The notes: a model not told the origin generated them from the sequence alone. DNA of 64,000 nt from Bacteroidales bacterium (GCA_049317265.1 JBMOIP010000007.1:69194-133193), one strand, 5' to 3'; shown: positions 29,014-38,796, counted from the first letter of the stretch. Made by a program: numbers and translations.

Positions 29014-29752
29014 CCATCTCTGCAAGTGTCATCTCATGCAAAGGCCGGTTCAGCTCCCTGGCCCGGTCTTCAAGATATCTGAAGCGTTTCATGAACTTCC
29101 TGTTGGTCCGCTCCAGCGCATCCTCAGGATTAACATCAATGAAACGTGCATAGTTAATCACGGCAAAGATGAGATCACCGAGTTCGTCCTCCCTCCTCTT
29201 TTGCGCTGCACCGGTCTCAACCATCTCTTTGAGTTCGTTTAACTCCTCCAACACCTTATCCCAAACCTGCTCCGGCTTTTCCCAGTCAAAGCCAACACCG
29301 CTCGCCTTCTCCTGGATACGGTAAGCTTTTACCATAGCGGGAAGTCCTGTCGGAACACCCGAAAGCACCGATTTGTTGCCCTTCTCCTTCAGTTTGATCC
29401 GCTCCCAGTTGTCGTGCACCTCTTTGGCATCCTTGACCACAACATCCCCAAAAATATGCGGATGCCGGTGAATCAGCTTTTCAGTTATGCTTTCAAGTAC
29501 GTCTTTGATATCAAATGCACTTTTTTCCGAAGCTATTTTTGAATAAAACACCAGGTGAAGCATCAGGTCGCCCAACTCTTTCTTCAGCGAATCCATATCG
29601 TTTTGCAGGATCGATTCCGAGAGTTCATAGGTCTCCTCAATCGTTAAATACCTCAATGATGCGATGGTCTGTTTCCGGTCCCAAGGACACTTTTCCCTGA
29701 GTTCATCCATGATTTCCAGCAACCTCTTGAATGCCGCAACTTTTTCTTCCAT
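28979..29752 (-). CDS. mazG: Nucleoside triphosphate pyrophosphohydrolase MazG
   Basis: LLEIMDELREKCPWDRKQT..SL..YLTIEETYEL, and a second EELGDLIFAVINYAR repeat, match MazG. I chose ATG 29752 because a TAnnTTTG box lies between it and the track start. Confidence 0.9.
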   Translation of the reverse strand: MEEKVAAFKRLLEIMDELREKCPWDRKQTIASLRYLTIEETYELSESILQNDMDSLKKELGDLMLHLVFYSKIASEKSAFDIKDVLESITEKLIHRHPHIFGDVVVKDAKEVHDNWERIKLKEKGNKSVLSGVPTGLPAMVKAYRIQEKASGVGFDWEKPEQVWDKVLEELNELKEMVETGAAQKRREDELGDLIFAVINYARFIDVNPEDALERTNRKFMKRFRYLEDRARELNRPLHEMTLAEMDVFWNEAKSND

Positions 29753-29767
29753 GAAATATATTTTAGG

Positions 29768-29775
29768 CAAAAATA
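29768..29775 (-). promoter_or_regulatory. -7 promoter box (TATTTTTG on minus strand) for mazG
   Basis: The reverse complement of CAAAAATA, 15 nt upstream of ATG 29752. Confidence 0.5.
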
Positions 29776-29849
29776 AGCATTTCATTCCTGCTGCGTTATT
29801 AATTAACCGATCATCTGCCCTAATGTATCAGAAAACAAACAATTCGTCC

Positions 29850-29857
29850 TAAATTTG
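29850..29857 (+). promoter_or_regulatory. -7 promoter box (TAAATTTG) for the acyloxyacyl hydrolase gene
   Basis: It lies 26 nt upstream of the TTG start at 29884. Confidence 0.45.
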
Positions 29858-29883
29858 TCATTCATTTCACATTTAAAAACTAC

Positions 29884-31062
29884 TTGAATCCTTTTGTAAC
29901 AAAGCGTTTTGCATTTTTTAAATTCCTGGGTATTATCCTGGCATTCATTGTCCAATCTACCTCAGCCAATGCGCAATTTGAGCATAAGCTGATATCATCC
30001 AACCTGGTCATTGAAGGGAAAGTACATTATGGGTTTCTATATGCGCAACATCTTGAACTGGAACTGTTCAACGCCCACTTCCCGGCTTTTGAAATTGCCG
30101 TCCAGAAGCTGACCTATGGCAAACACCAGTGGGAACGCGATTACAACTATCCACTCATCGGCGTTACCATGCTCTATTCCGGTTTGGGCAATAATCCGTC
30201 ACTTGGAAGCGCCCTCGCCGTGATGCCCTTTATCAACTTCCCTTTATATAAAACAGAACGGCTTACTGCCGGTTTTCGCCTTGCGCTTGGAATTGGGTAC
30301 ATCACCAAGCCTTTCAACCGGATCACCAATTACACGAATCTGGCTATTGGATCCCACCTGAATGCAGCAGTCAACCTGATGTTTGAAGCACGTTACAAGG
30401 TCAATTATTACCTCAGCATCACCGGTGGTTTAGGGCTTCAGCATTTTTCAAACGGATCCCTGAAACTTCCCAACTACGGCATCAACATGATGCTGGTTAA
30501 CCTGGGAATCGCCTATCGCCCGTTTAAGGAGAATCAGAACATCGATGATCGCTTCTACGCCCCTACAAAACCTTTCTCGGCCATCATCAGACACTCGATG
30601 GACCTCAGCATTGGGGCATTTGCAGGGTATAAAAACATGCAGGCCGTGTATGGCAAGAATTATTGGATAACCCACCTTTACGCAAACGCATTCCTTCCCG
30701 TTAGTCCTAAAAGCAAGTTCGGCCTCGGGCTCGACTGTTCCTACGACCCATCACAAATTACCACCCTTGAAAAGCAGGGAGTGGCAGTAACCAATAAAAT
30801 GAGTATCCTCCGGCCAGGAGTTAACGGAGCTTACCAGCTCGTCATGGCCAAACTCGGTTTCCTGTTTAACCTGGGATGTTATCTTGGCGGAAAAGAAAAG
30901 AGCAACGGCCCGCTCTATGAAAAAATCTCCGTTCAGTACGGATTCTCCAAAAACCTCTATGCTGCCGTCATGATCAAGGTCCACTGGGGCAGGGCTGATT
31001 ACATTGGTTGGGGACTCGGGTACCGCTTTGACGTTGTTTATGGAAAAAAGACTGTTCGATGA
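29884..31062 (+). CDS. Acyloxyacyl hydrolase (PagL-like lipid A deacylase family outer membrane protein)
   Basis: The signal peptide FLGIILAFIVQSTSANA and the His-x-Ser motif GLGLQHFSNGSLKLPNYG are characteristic of the PagL family. There is no in-frame ATG near the signal peptide, so a TTG start is required. Confidence 0.7.
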   Translation: MNPFVTKRFAFFKFLGIILAFIVQSTSANAQFEHKLISSNLVIEGKVHYGFLYAQHLELELFNAHFPAFEIAVQKLTYGKHQWERDYNYPLIGVTMLYSGLGNNPSLGSALAVMPFINFPLYKTERLTAGFRLALGIGYITKPFNRITNYTNLAIGSHLNAAVNLMFEARYKVNYYLSITGGLGLQHFSNGSLKLPNYGINMMLVNLGIAYRPFKENQNIDDRFYAPTKPFSAIIRHSMDLSIGAFAGYKNMQAVYGKNYWITHLYANAFLPVSPKSKFGLGLDCSYDPSQITTLEKQGVAVTNKMSILRPGVNGAYQLVMAKLGFLFNLGCYLGGKEKSNGPLYEKISVQYGFSKNLYAAVMIKVHWGRADYIGWGLGYRFDVVYGKKTVR

Positions 31063-31802
31063 AGAATCTTGTCAGGTTGATATGGCTGGTTGCCGGTGTA
31101 CCGCTGATGTTGCTCAACTCATGCACCAAGGACGGTGGAAATTGTGTATCATCAACAGGTCAGATAGTTATGCAAGACAGGCATATCTCCGACTTCGACA
31201 GCATCCGGGTCTTTGATTATATGAACATCATCCTGAAGCAGGATTCAATCAACAAGGTGTCGGTCGAAACCGGGGAGAACATTGCCAGTGGCATCGTCAC
31301 CGAACTGTCGGGAAGAGAACTTATTTTGCGGAACACCAACAAATGCAACTGGCTCAGGAGTTACTCCAAACCTGTCAATGTCTACATTTCGGTGAGAAAC
31401 CTGCTGAAAATCCATTATGAATCATCCGGTAACATCACCTGCACCGATACCCTGCGTAATGGATATCTGAAAATTGACATGTGGGGCGGATGCGGTACCA
31501 TCGACCTGAAGGTCCATATCGGCGACGGCTATTTCATCCAGCATATGGGAACCGCCACCCTCATTTTGAATGGCATCTGCAATATCAGCAGCGTTTTTGC
31601 AGGTGATTATGGTTTGCTCCAGTTAAAAGGGCTCAAAACCGGGTACACCTTTGTAACGAACAGCGGTTCAAACGACTGCTATGTAAATGCCAAACATTCT
31701 TTGGGAGCCACAATCAACTCGATCGGAAATATCTATTATTCCGGTGATCCTGAGGAGATTAAGAGCACAATAAACGGATCAGGAAAACTGATTCCCTATT
31801 GA
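31059..31802 (+). CDS. DUF2807 / head-GIN-domain lipoprotein
   Basis: A lipobox (LLNSC) is followed by the repetitive beta-helix-like pattern FDSIRVFDYMNIILKQDSINKVSVETGENI...L.I. Its ATG overlaps the upstream stop codon (ATGA). Confidence 0.6.
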   Translation: MKNLVRLIWLVAGVPLMLLNSCTKDGGNCVSSTGQIVMQDRHISDFDSIRVFDYMNIILKQDSINKVSVETGENIASGIVTELSGRELILRNTNKCNWLRSYSKPVNVYISVRNLLKIHYESSGNITCTDTLRNGYLKIDMWGGCGTIDLKVHIGDGYFIQHMGTATLILNGICNISSVFAGDYGLLQLKGLKTGYTFVTNSGSNDCYVNAKHSLGATINSIGNIYYSGDPEEIKSTINGSGKLIPY

Positions 31803-31814
31803 CAGGAGGTTCTG

Positions 31815-33290
31815 TTAATATGCCCTCGCAAACAACACTCTTTGTGTGGAAGGTTTTCCGGAATAGACGCAATGCCCCATCTCTTCCGGGTTGTCAATCG
31901 GAATCACCCTGATGGTAGCTTTCGTCTCCTCTTTGATCTTCTCTTCAGTTTCTGCAGTTCCATCCCAGTGGGCAGAGATAAACCCACCTTTGTCATCCAG
32001 CACCTTTTTGAATTCATCCCATGAATCAACCCTGAAGGTGTTGTTTTCGCGGAATGAAAGAGCACGGTCATAAAGGTTCTTCTGTATCTGATCAAGCAGA
32101 TGCGCAACCTTGTTGTCAATGTCGGTGATCTGCAGAACCTCCTTCTCTAGCGTATCCCTGCGGGCAACTTCAACAGTTCCCTGTTCAATGTCGCGCGGAC
32201 CAATGGTAATCCTGACAGGAACTCCCTTGAATTCATACTCCGAAAACTTCCAACCCGGTTTATGAGTGTCGCGGTCATCGTATTTCACGGTGATCCCCCT
32301 CGCTTCAAGGGCCTGTTTAACAGGCAATACCGTTGCTGTGATCAGGGCAAGCTGCTCCTCCGTTTTAAAAACAGGCACGATAGCCACCTGGATAGGCGCC
32401 AGTTTTGGAGGAAGAACCAGTCCATGGTCATCTGAGTGCGACATGATCAGCGCCCCCATGAGCCGGGTGGAGACACCCCACGAAGTTGCCCAGACATAGT
32501 CAAGCTGGTTATCCCGGTTGAGGTACTTTACATCAAAAGCCTTTGCAAAATTCTGTCCAAGAAAGTGGGAAGTTCCAGCCTGCAAAGCTTTACCATCCTG
32601 CATCAATGCTTCAATGGCGTAAGTATCAATGGCGCCGGCAAACCGTTCTGCAGGTGACTTTGTGCCTTTGATTACAGGAATGGCCATCCAGTTCTCCGCA
32701 AAATCGGCATAAACATTTAACATGGTTTTAGCCTCTGTTACCGCTTCGGCACTGGTTGCATGAGCTGTATGCCCCTCCTGCCACAGAAATTCCGTAGTCC
32801 TGAGGAACAGGCGGGTACGCATCTCCCAGCGAACTACGTTGGCCCACTGGTTGATCATGATCGGGAGATCACGGTAAGATTTGATCCAGTTACGGTAGGT
32901 GTCCCAGATGATCGTCTCAGAGGTGGGGCGAACAATCAGCTCCTCTTCGAGTTTTGCATCCTCATCCACCACAATTCCTTTACCATCCGGCGAATTCTTT
33001 AAACGGTAATGCGTTACGACAGCGCACTCCTTGGCAAATCCCTCCACATGACTTGCCTCTTTACTGAAAAAGGATTTCGGAATGAAAATCGGGAAATAGG
33101 CATTCGAATGCCCGGTATCCTTGAATTTCTTGTCGAGAACCGCCTGAATCCGCTCCCAGATGGCATATCCATATGGTTTGATGACCATACATCCCCGTAC
33201 TGCTGAATTTTCAGCCAGATCGGCTTTAATAACCAGGTCGTTGTACCATTGGGAATAATTTTCTGCCCTTGAAGGAAAATCTTTAGCCAT
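31815..33290 (-). CDS. proS: Proline--tRNA ligase (archaeal/eukaryotic-like type)
   Basis: [43 protein letters not shown] and [29 protein letters not shown] match this ProRS type. Confidence 0.95.
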   Translation of the reverse strand: MAKDFPSRAENYSQWYNDLVIKADLAENSAVRGCMVIKPYGYAIWERIQAVLDKKFKDTGHSNAYFPIFIPKSFFSKEASHVEGFAKECAVVTHYRLKNSPDGKGIVVDEDAKLEEELIVRPTSETIIWDTYRNWIKSYRDLPIMINQWANVVRWEMRTRLFLRTTEFLWQEGHTAHATSAEAVTEAKTMLNVYADFAENWMAIPVIKGTKSPAERFAGAIDTYAIEALMQDGKALQAGTSHFLGQNFAKAFDVKYLNRDNQLDYVWATSWGVSTRLMGALIMSHSDDHGLVLPPKLAPIQVAIVPVFKTEEQLALITATVLPVKQALEARGITVKYDDRDTHKPGWKFSEYEFKGVPVRITIGPRDIEQGTVEVARRDTLEKEVLQITDIDNKVAHLLDQIQKNLYDRALSFRENNTFRVDSWDEFKKVLDDKGGFISAHWDGTAETEEKIKEETKATIRVIPIDNPEEMGHCVYSGKPSTQRVLFARAY

Positions 33291-33342
33291 TTTATAAGTT
33301 TGGTATGAGATTTGTTAATTTTCGTGTCGCATTTTGCATGGG

Positions 33343-33350
33343 CAAAAATA
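33343..33350 (-). promoter_or_regulatory. -7 promoter box (TATTTTTG on minus strand) for proS
   Basis: The reverse complement of CAAAAATA, 52 nt upstream of ATG 33290. Confidence 0.4.
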
Positions 33351-33411
33351 CGAAATTATCCCGTTCCTGCAGATGCAAACACCACCGAAGATATTTAAAA
33401 GAGATCGCCTT

Positions 33412-34809
33412 ATGAAAAACTCAGCATGGATTATCGCGCTCATTGCTCTGTCAATCAGCGCCTGCACTTCCCAGAAGCAATCAACCGCCTATGTTGATGA
33501 TGATGTTTACAGTTCATCCTCCCGTCATGAAAAAGCTCAGGTTGTTTCAGCTTCAACGGCCCAGGGTGCACAAGTTATCACCTCCCCCGATAAAGCAAAG
33601 GCCCAGAAACCTGCTTCTTCAACCCTTGAAGATGATTATAATGACTACTCCTACTCAAGCAGGATCGACCGTTTCAGCAACAAAGACACAACGGTGGGCT
33701 ATTTTGATGATTCCTACGCCGGCGGAAACGCTTCCTATGGCAACCAGTCGGGCAATGATCCCAATGTCAATATCTATTTAGGATATGGCTCCGGTTATGG
33801 GGGATATTACGGCTCTTCCTTCTCTTATGGTATGGGATGGGGCTATCCATATTCAACCTGGGGATGGGATTATGGCTGGGGTTATCCCTATTATGGTGGA
33901 TATTATGGATGGGGTTACCCTTATTATGGCGGATACAACCCATGGTACAGTCCATGTTGCTATTGCTACGGCTATGGTTACGGTTACAATGACTGGTATA
34001 CCCCATATAATACTTACAACGGTTACTATGGTTCGCGTCATGCATCTTACCGTACTGATTTAGGCTCATCAAGGAGCGTTAGAGATGTTCGGCCAGGTAC
34101 CTACACCCCTTATGGCCGCAACAGGACAAATACTGGTATCGCTACGTACAACAGGAGCGGTTCAGTTCAGGGGCAAGCACGGTCATCTTCACGCACACAG
34201 CCAGCCAGCCAGGAAAAATACAGGTACACCCGTCCTTCAAGCGAGAGACAACCCGGATATCAGCGTACCACCAGGCAAGGTGGAGGCGAACAGGGCAGAA
34301 GTCAGTCAACCCGGCAGCAGCCCTCCCCAAGGTATACAAGACCGGAAAATGCGAGCCAGGTTCAGCGGTCAGGATCAGCGCAAAGCTACTCATCACCAGC
34401 CTACAGGCAGCCTAAATCGAGCCAGGAATACCTTGCACCCAGATCACAAAACCCCGGGACCAGGGTCACAAACCAAAACACCGAAACCAGGACCAGCTCT
34501 GGAACATATGGTACCGGCACCAGGCAAAACTCTTCACCCGGTAACAACAGCAGATCATACAGCACGCCAACCCGGTCAGGATCATCAGGATACAGCTCCC
34601 CGTCGCGCACGAATTCAAATTACTCCACACCCACACGTTCCGACAATGGTGGCTCCTATTCAGCGCCCACACGCTCAAGTGGAAGTGGCTCCTACTCAAC
34701 ACCTTCGAACTCAGGCAACAGTGGCAGCTACTCAGCACCCTCAAGGTCAGGAGGCAGTGGAGGATCATCAGGCGGCGGCAGCAGCAGCGGAGGCGGAAGA
34801 CGCAGGTAA
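33412..34809 (+). CDS. Low-complexity lipoprotein with a Gly/Tyr/Trp-rich core and a Ser/Arg/Thr/Gln-rich repetitive tail ending in GGGRRR
   Basis: The lipoprotein signal MKNSAWIIALIALSISAC starts at ATG 33412. The core is GYGSGYGGYYGSSFSYGMGWGYPYSTWGWDYGWGYPYYGGYYGWGYPYYGGY.... The tail carries about six SYS(T/A)P(T/S)RS-like repeats. Confidence 0.6.
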   Translation: MKNSAWIIALIALSISACTSQKQSTAYVDDDVYSSSSRHEKAQVVSASTAQGAQVITSPDKAKAQKPASSTLEDDYNDYSYSSRIDRFSNKDTTVGYFDDSYAGGNASYGNQSGNDPNVNIYLGYGSGYGGYYGSSFSYGMGWGYPYSTWGWDYGWGYPYYGGYYGWGYPYYGGYNPWYSPCCYCYGYGYGYNDWYTPYNTYNGYYGSRHASYRTDLGSSRSVRDVRPGTYTPYGRNRTNTGIATYNRSGSVQGQARSSSRTQPASQEKYRYTRPSSERQPGYQRTTRQGGGEQGRSQSTRQQPSPRYTRPENASQVQRSGSAQSYSSPAYRQPKSSQEYLAPRSQNPGTRVTNQNTETRTSSGTYGTGTRQNSSPGNNSRSYSTPTRSGSSGYSSPSRTNSNYSTPTRSDNGGSYSAPTRSSGSGSYSTPSNSGNSGSYSAPSRSGGSGGSSGGGSSSGGGRRR

Positions 34810-34838
34810 TCTAGTTCAAACACTTAACATTGACCAAC

Positions 34839-36329
34839 ATGAAGAAGATATTCATGATCATCCTGCTATTCACCCAGGGGTACTCTTTTATCCAGGCACA
34901 GACCCCTGAGGATGCGCTTCGCTTTTCCCGGGTCTTTTACAGCGGTACAGCCAGGTTCAACGGATTGGGCGGAGCATTTGGAGCCGTTGGCGCAGATTTC
35001 TCAACCTTAGCCACAAATCCCGCTGGTCTCGGATTATATTCAGCATCGGAAATGAGTTTCACCCTGGCTCCCACCATCGGTTATTCAAGTTCGGAATACA
35101 ATGGGACAAACACCACTGATTACCGGGTTAATTGTGGCATTGGCAACTTTGGAGTCGTGTTCAACATAAAGCCCTATAAAAAAGCCAACTCCAGCGCGGT
35201 AAAAGCCATCAATATCGGTTTTGGGATCAACCGCCAGAACGACTTCAACAACAGGGTCGCTGTCCGTGGCCTGAACATGGAGAGTTCATTGATGCAGAGT
35301 TATGCAAACACCATGAACTCCGAAAACATCCCCCAGGAAGCCTTCAATAATGATTTCAACAACCCTTTTTACAGGCCTGATCTTGCCTTCGACCTCGGAC
35401 TTGCCTATAACACCAACCTGGTATATTTTGATTCACTGTTAATGCAATACCGGTGCGATGCAGCGCATGGCGGCGTTACCCAGGATAAAACCATCGAAAC
35501 CCGCGGATCGATGAATGAGGCTGATTTTTCGGTTGGGGCAAACATTTCCGACAGGTTCTTTATCGGGATGACCTTCGGTGTACCTTCAATCAACTACTAC
35601 GAAAACAGCACCTATCGCGAAACCAGGGCCGTTGATACACTGCGTAACTTCCGGTCCTTAAACTACCAGTATAACCTCCACACAAGGGGAACCGGTATTA
35701 ACTTCAAGTTAGGCGTCATCGGCAAACCTGTTGACTGGTTCAGGATCAGTGCAGCCATACACACCCCGACCTGGTACCCAAGCATGCGCGATGAGTGGTA
35801 CAGCAGCATGCAATCCTCCTTTGATACTGCCTGGTGGGATTCGTTTCAATCCTCGCCGTTGGGTAATTACAGATACAGTTTAACAACACCCTTCAAGGCA
35901 TTGGGTGGCATTGCCTTCATTATCGGAAAATTCGGTCTTGTCAGTGCAGATTATGAATACATCAACTATTCACAGGCCCGTTTTCATTCATCTGATGACA
36001 GTTACAGTGACGTAAACAGTTCCATCAAATCTGATTACAAATCGTGGGGAAACATCCGGGTGGGAACTGAATGGAGGGTTTCAAACTTCAGTATCCGTGG
36101 CGGTATCGGATATTTCAGCAATCCATACCAGGGAAGTCTGAACAGGGGCGAGCGTTACCAGGTTTCCGGGGGTTTAGGTTACCGGACAAAACATTTCTTT
36201 GCAGATGTAACCTATGTCTGGTCAAAGATGACCCAGGACTACTACCTTTATGATGCAAGCCTGGTTAATCCCGCTTCCATCAGTTACTATACAAATACCG
36301 TTTCCACAACGGTTGGGTTCAGGTTTTAG
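34839..36329 (+). CDS. FadL/TodX-like outer membrane beta-barrel protein
   Basis: The signal peptide is MKKIFMIILLFTQGYSFIQAQ. GTARFNGLGGAFGAVGADFSTLATNPAGLGL resembles the FadL-family N-terminal motif. The sequence shows alternating beta-strand patterns and ends in a C-terminal GFRF. The track start at 34830 is a TTG. Confidence 0.6.
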   Translation: MKKIFMIILLFTQGYSFIQAQTPEDALRFSRVFYSGTARFNGLGGAFGAVGADFSTLATNPAGLGLYSASEMSFTLAPTIGYSSSEYNGTNTTDYRVNCGIGNFGVVFNIKPYKKANSSAVKAINIGFGINRQNDFNNRVAVRGLNMESSLMQSYANTMNSENIPQEAFNNDFNNPFYRPDLAFDLGLAYNTNLVYFDSLLMQYRCDAAHGGVTQDKTIETRGSMNEADFSVGANISDRFFIGMTFGVPSINYYENSTYRETRAVDTLRNFRSLNYQYNLHTRGTGINFKLGVIGKPVDWFRISAAIHTPTWYPSMRDEWYSSMQSSFDTAWWDSFQSSPLGNYRYSLTTPFKALGGIAFIIGKFGLVSADYEYINYSQARFHSSDDSYSDVNSSIKSDYKSWGNIRVGTEWRVSNFSIRGGIGYFSNPYQGSLNRGERYQVSGGLGYRTKHFFADVTYVWSKMTQDYYLYDASLVNPASISYYTNTVSTTVGFRF

Positions 36330-37869
36330 GCACCATTTTTTTTATCCTGTTCAAACCAGCCTTTGCCTTTTGGTGAAGGCTGGTTCTGTAATCCGGCGGT
36401 TTGAGGGACAAGCAAACCTGGTAAGCGCTGTCGGCCCTGATATAATCTCCCTTGTTTTCATAAAGCAGTCCCATCTGATAGGCTGCACTGGCTGCAAAAT
36501 AGTACGGTTCGGTTTTACCCCTTAAGATTGTTTTCTGATAATTTTGGATGGCTTTTATCAAATTCCCTGTCTCATGGTAGATCCTTCCCATGCGGTAAGT
36601 ATATTCAATAAAGTCCTGCTTTGACCTGACAACCAAGGCGACCTGATTATTTAACATCTCCCCGATTGCCAGATTATAATAACCGCCATCAAACAGGAGT
36701 CTTGCACGTAATAAGATGACATTTGGCAACATGCCTTTCAACGCTTCATTCCCTGCCTGCTTATCTTCATCCACGGCCGATGCCCCATATAGCAAGACAT
36801 GGTGCATCAATTTCCTGTACATTCCGGTATCGCCCTTTAACACTGCAATCCAGGCCAGTTTTTGGTAGGCGGAACGGGTATAGTTCTGGCCCCGGAAAGT
36901 GCTTATAAACCGCTCAAAATAGCTAGAGGCACTATAATCCAACTTGTTAAGTCTTGCCATTCCCTCCAGGTAATCGAGGTATGCAAAATTAAATGTGTTT
37001 TCTGACGGAATCCGCTCATGAAGCACCTGCAAGGCGTCATCGTTGAAACCATTCCTCATGAGAATGGTTGAACGGGCATAAATCAGGAGCGGACTGTTTA
37101 GAAGTGGTTTTCCGATGGACTGGTTTCTGAATAAATTCAGGATTTGAATTGCATCCTTTTTGTTTTTCTGCAGGTTCAATGTCAGAAATGCAAGATAGAA
37201 GGATGCCTGGGTTTTATAGAGCCTGGTTATATTATCGGCGCCGTCATACTCGGCAACTTTGCGAATTTCTCCTAACCCGGCTTCCATCGTACCGCTCATT
37301 CCAACAATTGAGCTGAGCCATTTGTAGTTGTCGGGCACCAGGCTTACAATCACATGGACCACTCCCAGTCCAACGTTATTGATTAAAAAGGCAGGGTATT
37401 TCAGCCTGTTTTCAGAAAATAAACTGTATGCTTTGCGGATTTCAAAGGCGGCACCGGTATAATCTCCGAATTTAAGTCGAGCCAATGCCCATTGAAGGTG
37501 GACCTCCCCCAGGCAGAAGCGGTACCAGGGAGAGTGTTTATCAGCGCTTTCCAGTGCACTCAGCCGTTCATTTCTCCTGTTCTTCAACTGGTTATAGACA
37601 CTTTGTTCCTCGCCGATCACAAGTGTAAGGTAATCAATATAGTTTTCGAGATAAACCGGCAGAAGATTATCCGGAGCCGCCTGTTTTTCGGTTGAGATCA
37701 GTCGTTGTGCTTCTGTGAATCTGAGAGAGATAACAGCTTCATATGCCAGGCGGCAATTCTGGTCGAAGGTGAATTGGGAGAATGAAAGAGGGAAAAACGA
37801 TAAAAAGGCGCCAATTACCAGGATTCCCCTGATCAATGGCGCCTTCCAATTGATTGTTCCGGGGAACAT
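36319..37869 (-). CDS. Tetratricopeptide-like repeat protein with N-terminal signal/anchor, function unknown
   Basis: The N-terminal hydrophobic segment GILVIGAFLSFFPLSF is followed by helical repeats (AAYQMGLLYENKGDYIRADSAYQVCL). ATG 37869 shares one base with the upstream TGA stop. Confidence 0.5.
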   Translation of the reverse strand: MFPGTINWKAPLIRGILVIGAFLSFFPLSFSQFTFDQNCRLAYEAVISLRFTEAQRLISTEKQAAPDNLLPVYLENYIDYLTLVIGEEQSVYNQLKNRRNERLSALESADKHSPWYRFCLGEVHLQWALARLKFGDYTGAAFEIRKAYSLFSENRLKYPAFLINNVGLGVVHVIVSLVPDNYKWLSSIVGMSGTMEAGLGEIRKVAEYDGADNITRLYKTQASFYLAFLTLNLQKNKKDAIQILNLFRNQSIGKPLLNSPLLIYARSTILMRNGFNDDALQVLHERIPSENTFNFAYLDYLEGMARLNKLDYSASSYFERFISTFRGQNYTRSAYQKLAWIAVLKGDTGMYRKLMHHVLLYGASAVDEDKQAGNEALKGMLPNVILLRARLLFDGGYYNLAIGEMLNNQVALVVRSKQDFIEYTYRMGRIYHETGNLIKAIQNYQKTILRGKTEPYYFAASAAYQMGLLYENKGDYIRADSAYQVCLSLKPPDYRTSLHQKAKAGLNRIKKMVPKT

Positions 37870-38786
37870 CAATGCATCGCGTTCACAATTCCATCATCAA
37901 CCAGGATACGACCGCAATATTCGCAAACAATGATTTTTTTGTGCATCCTGATATCGAGCTGATGTTGCGGTGGGATTTTATTGAAACAACCGCCGCAGGC
38001 ATCCCTTTCAATCTGAACTACGGCAAGTCCATTCCGTGCATTTTTCCGGATCCTTGAGTAGGCAGTGAGCAGTCGTTCTTCAATAAATTGCTTGTTATTA
38101 TCAGAGTTAACGATCAGGTCGTTTTCTTCTTTCTCTGTTTCGGCAATGATATCATCCAGTTCATTGCGCTTAATTTCAAGGTCATTTTTGCGATCCTGGA
38201 GCAACTTCTGATACCTTTCGATCTCTTCCTTTTTCAACTCTAAAGTTGCCTGGAACTCCCTTCCCCTTTTTTCCGATAATTGAATTTCAAGATTCTGGTA
38301 TTCAATCTCCTTGGTCAATGAATCGTACTCACGGTTATTGCGGACGTTCATTTGCTGATCTTCATATTTTTTTATCAATGCCATCGCATCCTTCACAGAG
38401 GTCTTCTTTTCCGCAATGGATTTCTCCATCGCCAAAGTCTCCTGGATATGGTTATCAACCCGTGTTTCAAGTCCGGCGATTTCATCTTCAAGGTCCTGGA
38501 CCTCCAGTGGCAGTTCTCCTCGGATGATCCTGATTTTATCAACCTGTGAATCAACCTGCTGCAAGCTATAAAGAGCGATTAATTTTTTTTCAATCGTGAT
38601 TTCGGTCTTGTCATCACCACCCTCCGGTTTGGATTTGGGAGCAACCTTTGCAACAACATTTTCTTCGATCACCTCTTCAATTTTTGCTTCTTCGGGTGTT
38701 GCCGGAACAGCCTCATTCGCAACAGGTTTCTTTGCTAATTTAGACGGTTTGGAGGTAGCTATTGGCTTGCCTGGTGTTTTTGCCAT
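37869..38786 (-). CDS. C4-type zinc-ribbon / coiled-coil protein (COG1579, DUF164-like)
   Basis: LYSLQQVDSQVDKIRIIRGELPLEVQDLEDEI, a long coiled coil and CGGCFNKIPPQ...VCEYCGRIL are present. There is an extra Lys/Pro/Ala-rich N-terminal ~70 aa. Confidence 0.75.
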   Translation of the reverse strand: MAKTPGKPIATSKPSKLAKKPVANEAVPATPEEAKIEEVIEENVVAKVAPKSKPEGGDDKTEITIEKKLIALYSLQQVDSQVDKIRIIRGELPLEVQDLEDEIAGLETRVDNHIQETLAMEKSIAEKKTSVKDAMALIKKYEDQQMNVRNNREYDSLTKEIEYQNLEIQLSEKRGREFQATLELKKEEIERYQKLLQDRKNDLEIKRNELDDIIAETEKEENDLIVNSDNNKQFIEERLLTAYSRIRKNARNGLAVVQIERDACGGCFNKIPPQHQLDIRMHKKIIVCEYCGRILVDDGIVNAMH

Positions 38787-38796
38787 AAACTCTTTT

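Noticed and set aside
33443-34909. Several long alternative-frame ORFs across the low-complexity lipoprotein gene (for example 34085..34909 at 274 aa, 33443..33781, 33785..34063 and several on the minus strand)
   Set aside because: The repetitive GGx/TAT/TGG/AGC-rich DNA is naturally free of stop codons in several frames. Only the 33412 frame has a lipoprotein signal and a sensible start context. The 34085 frame would also run through the start of the next gene.
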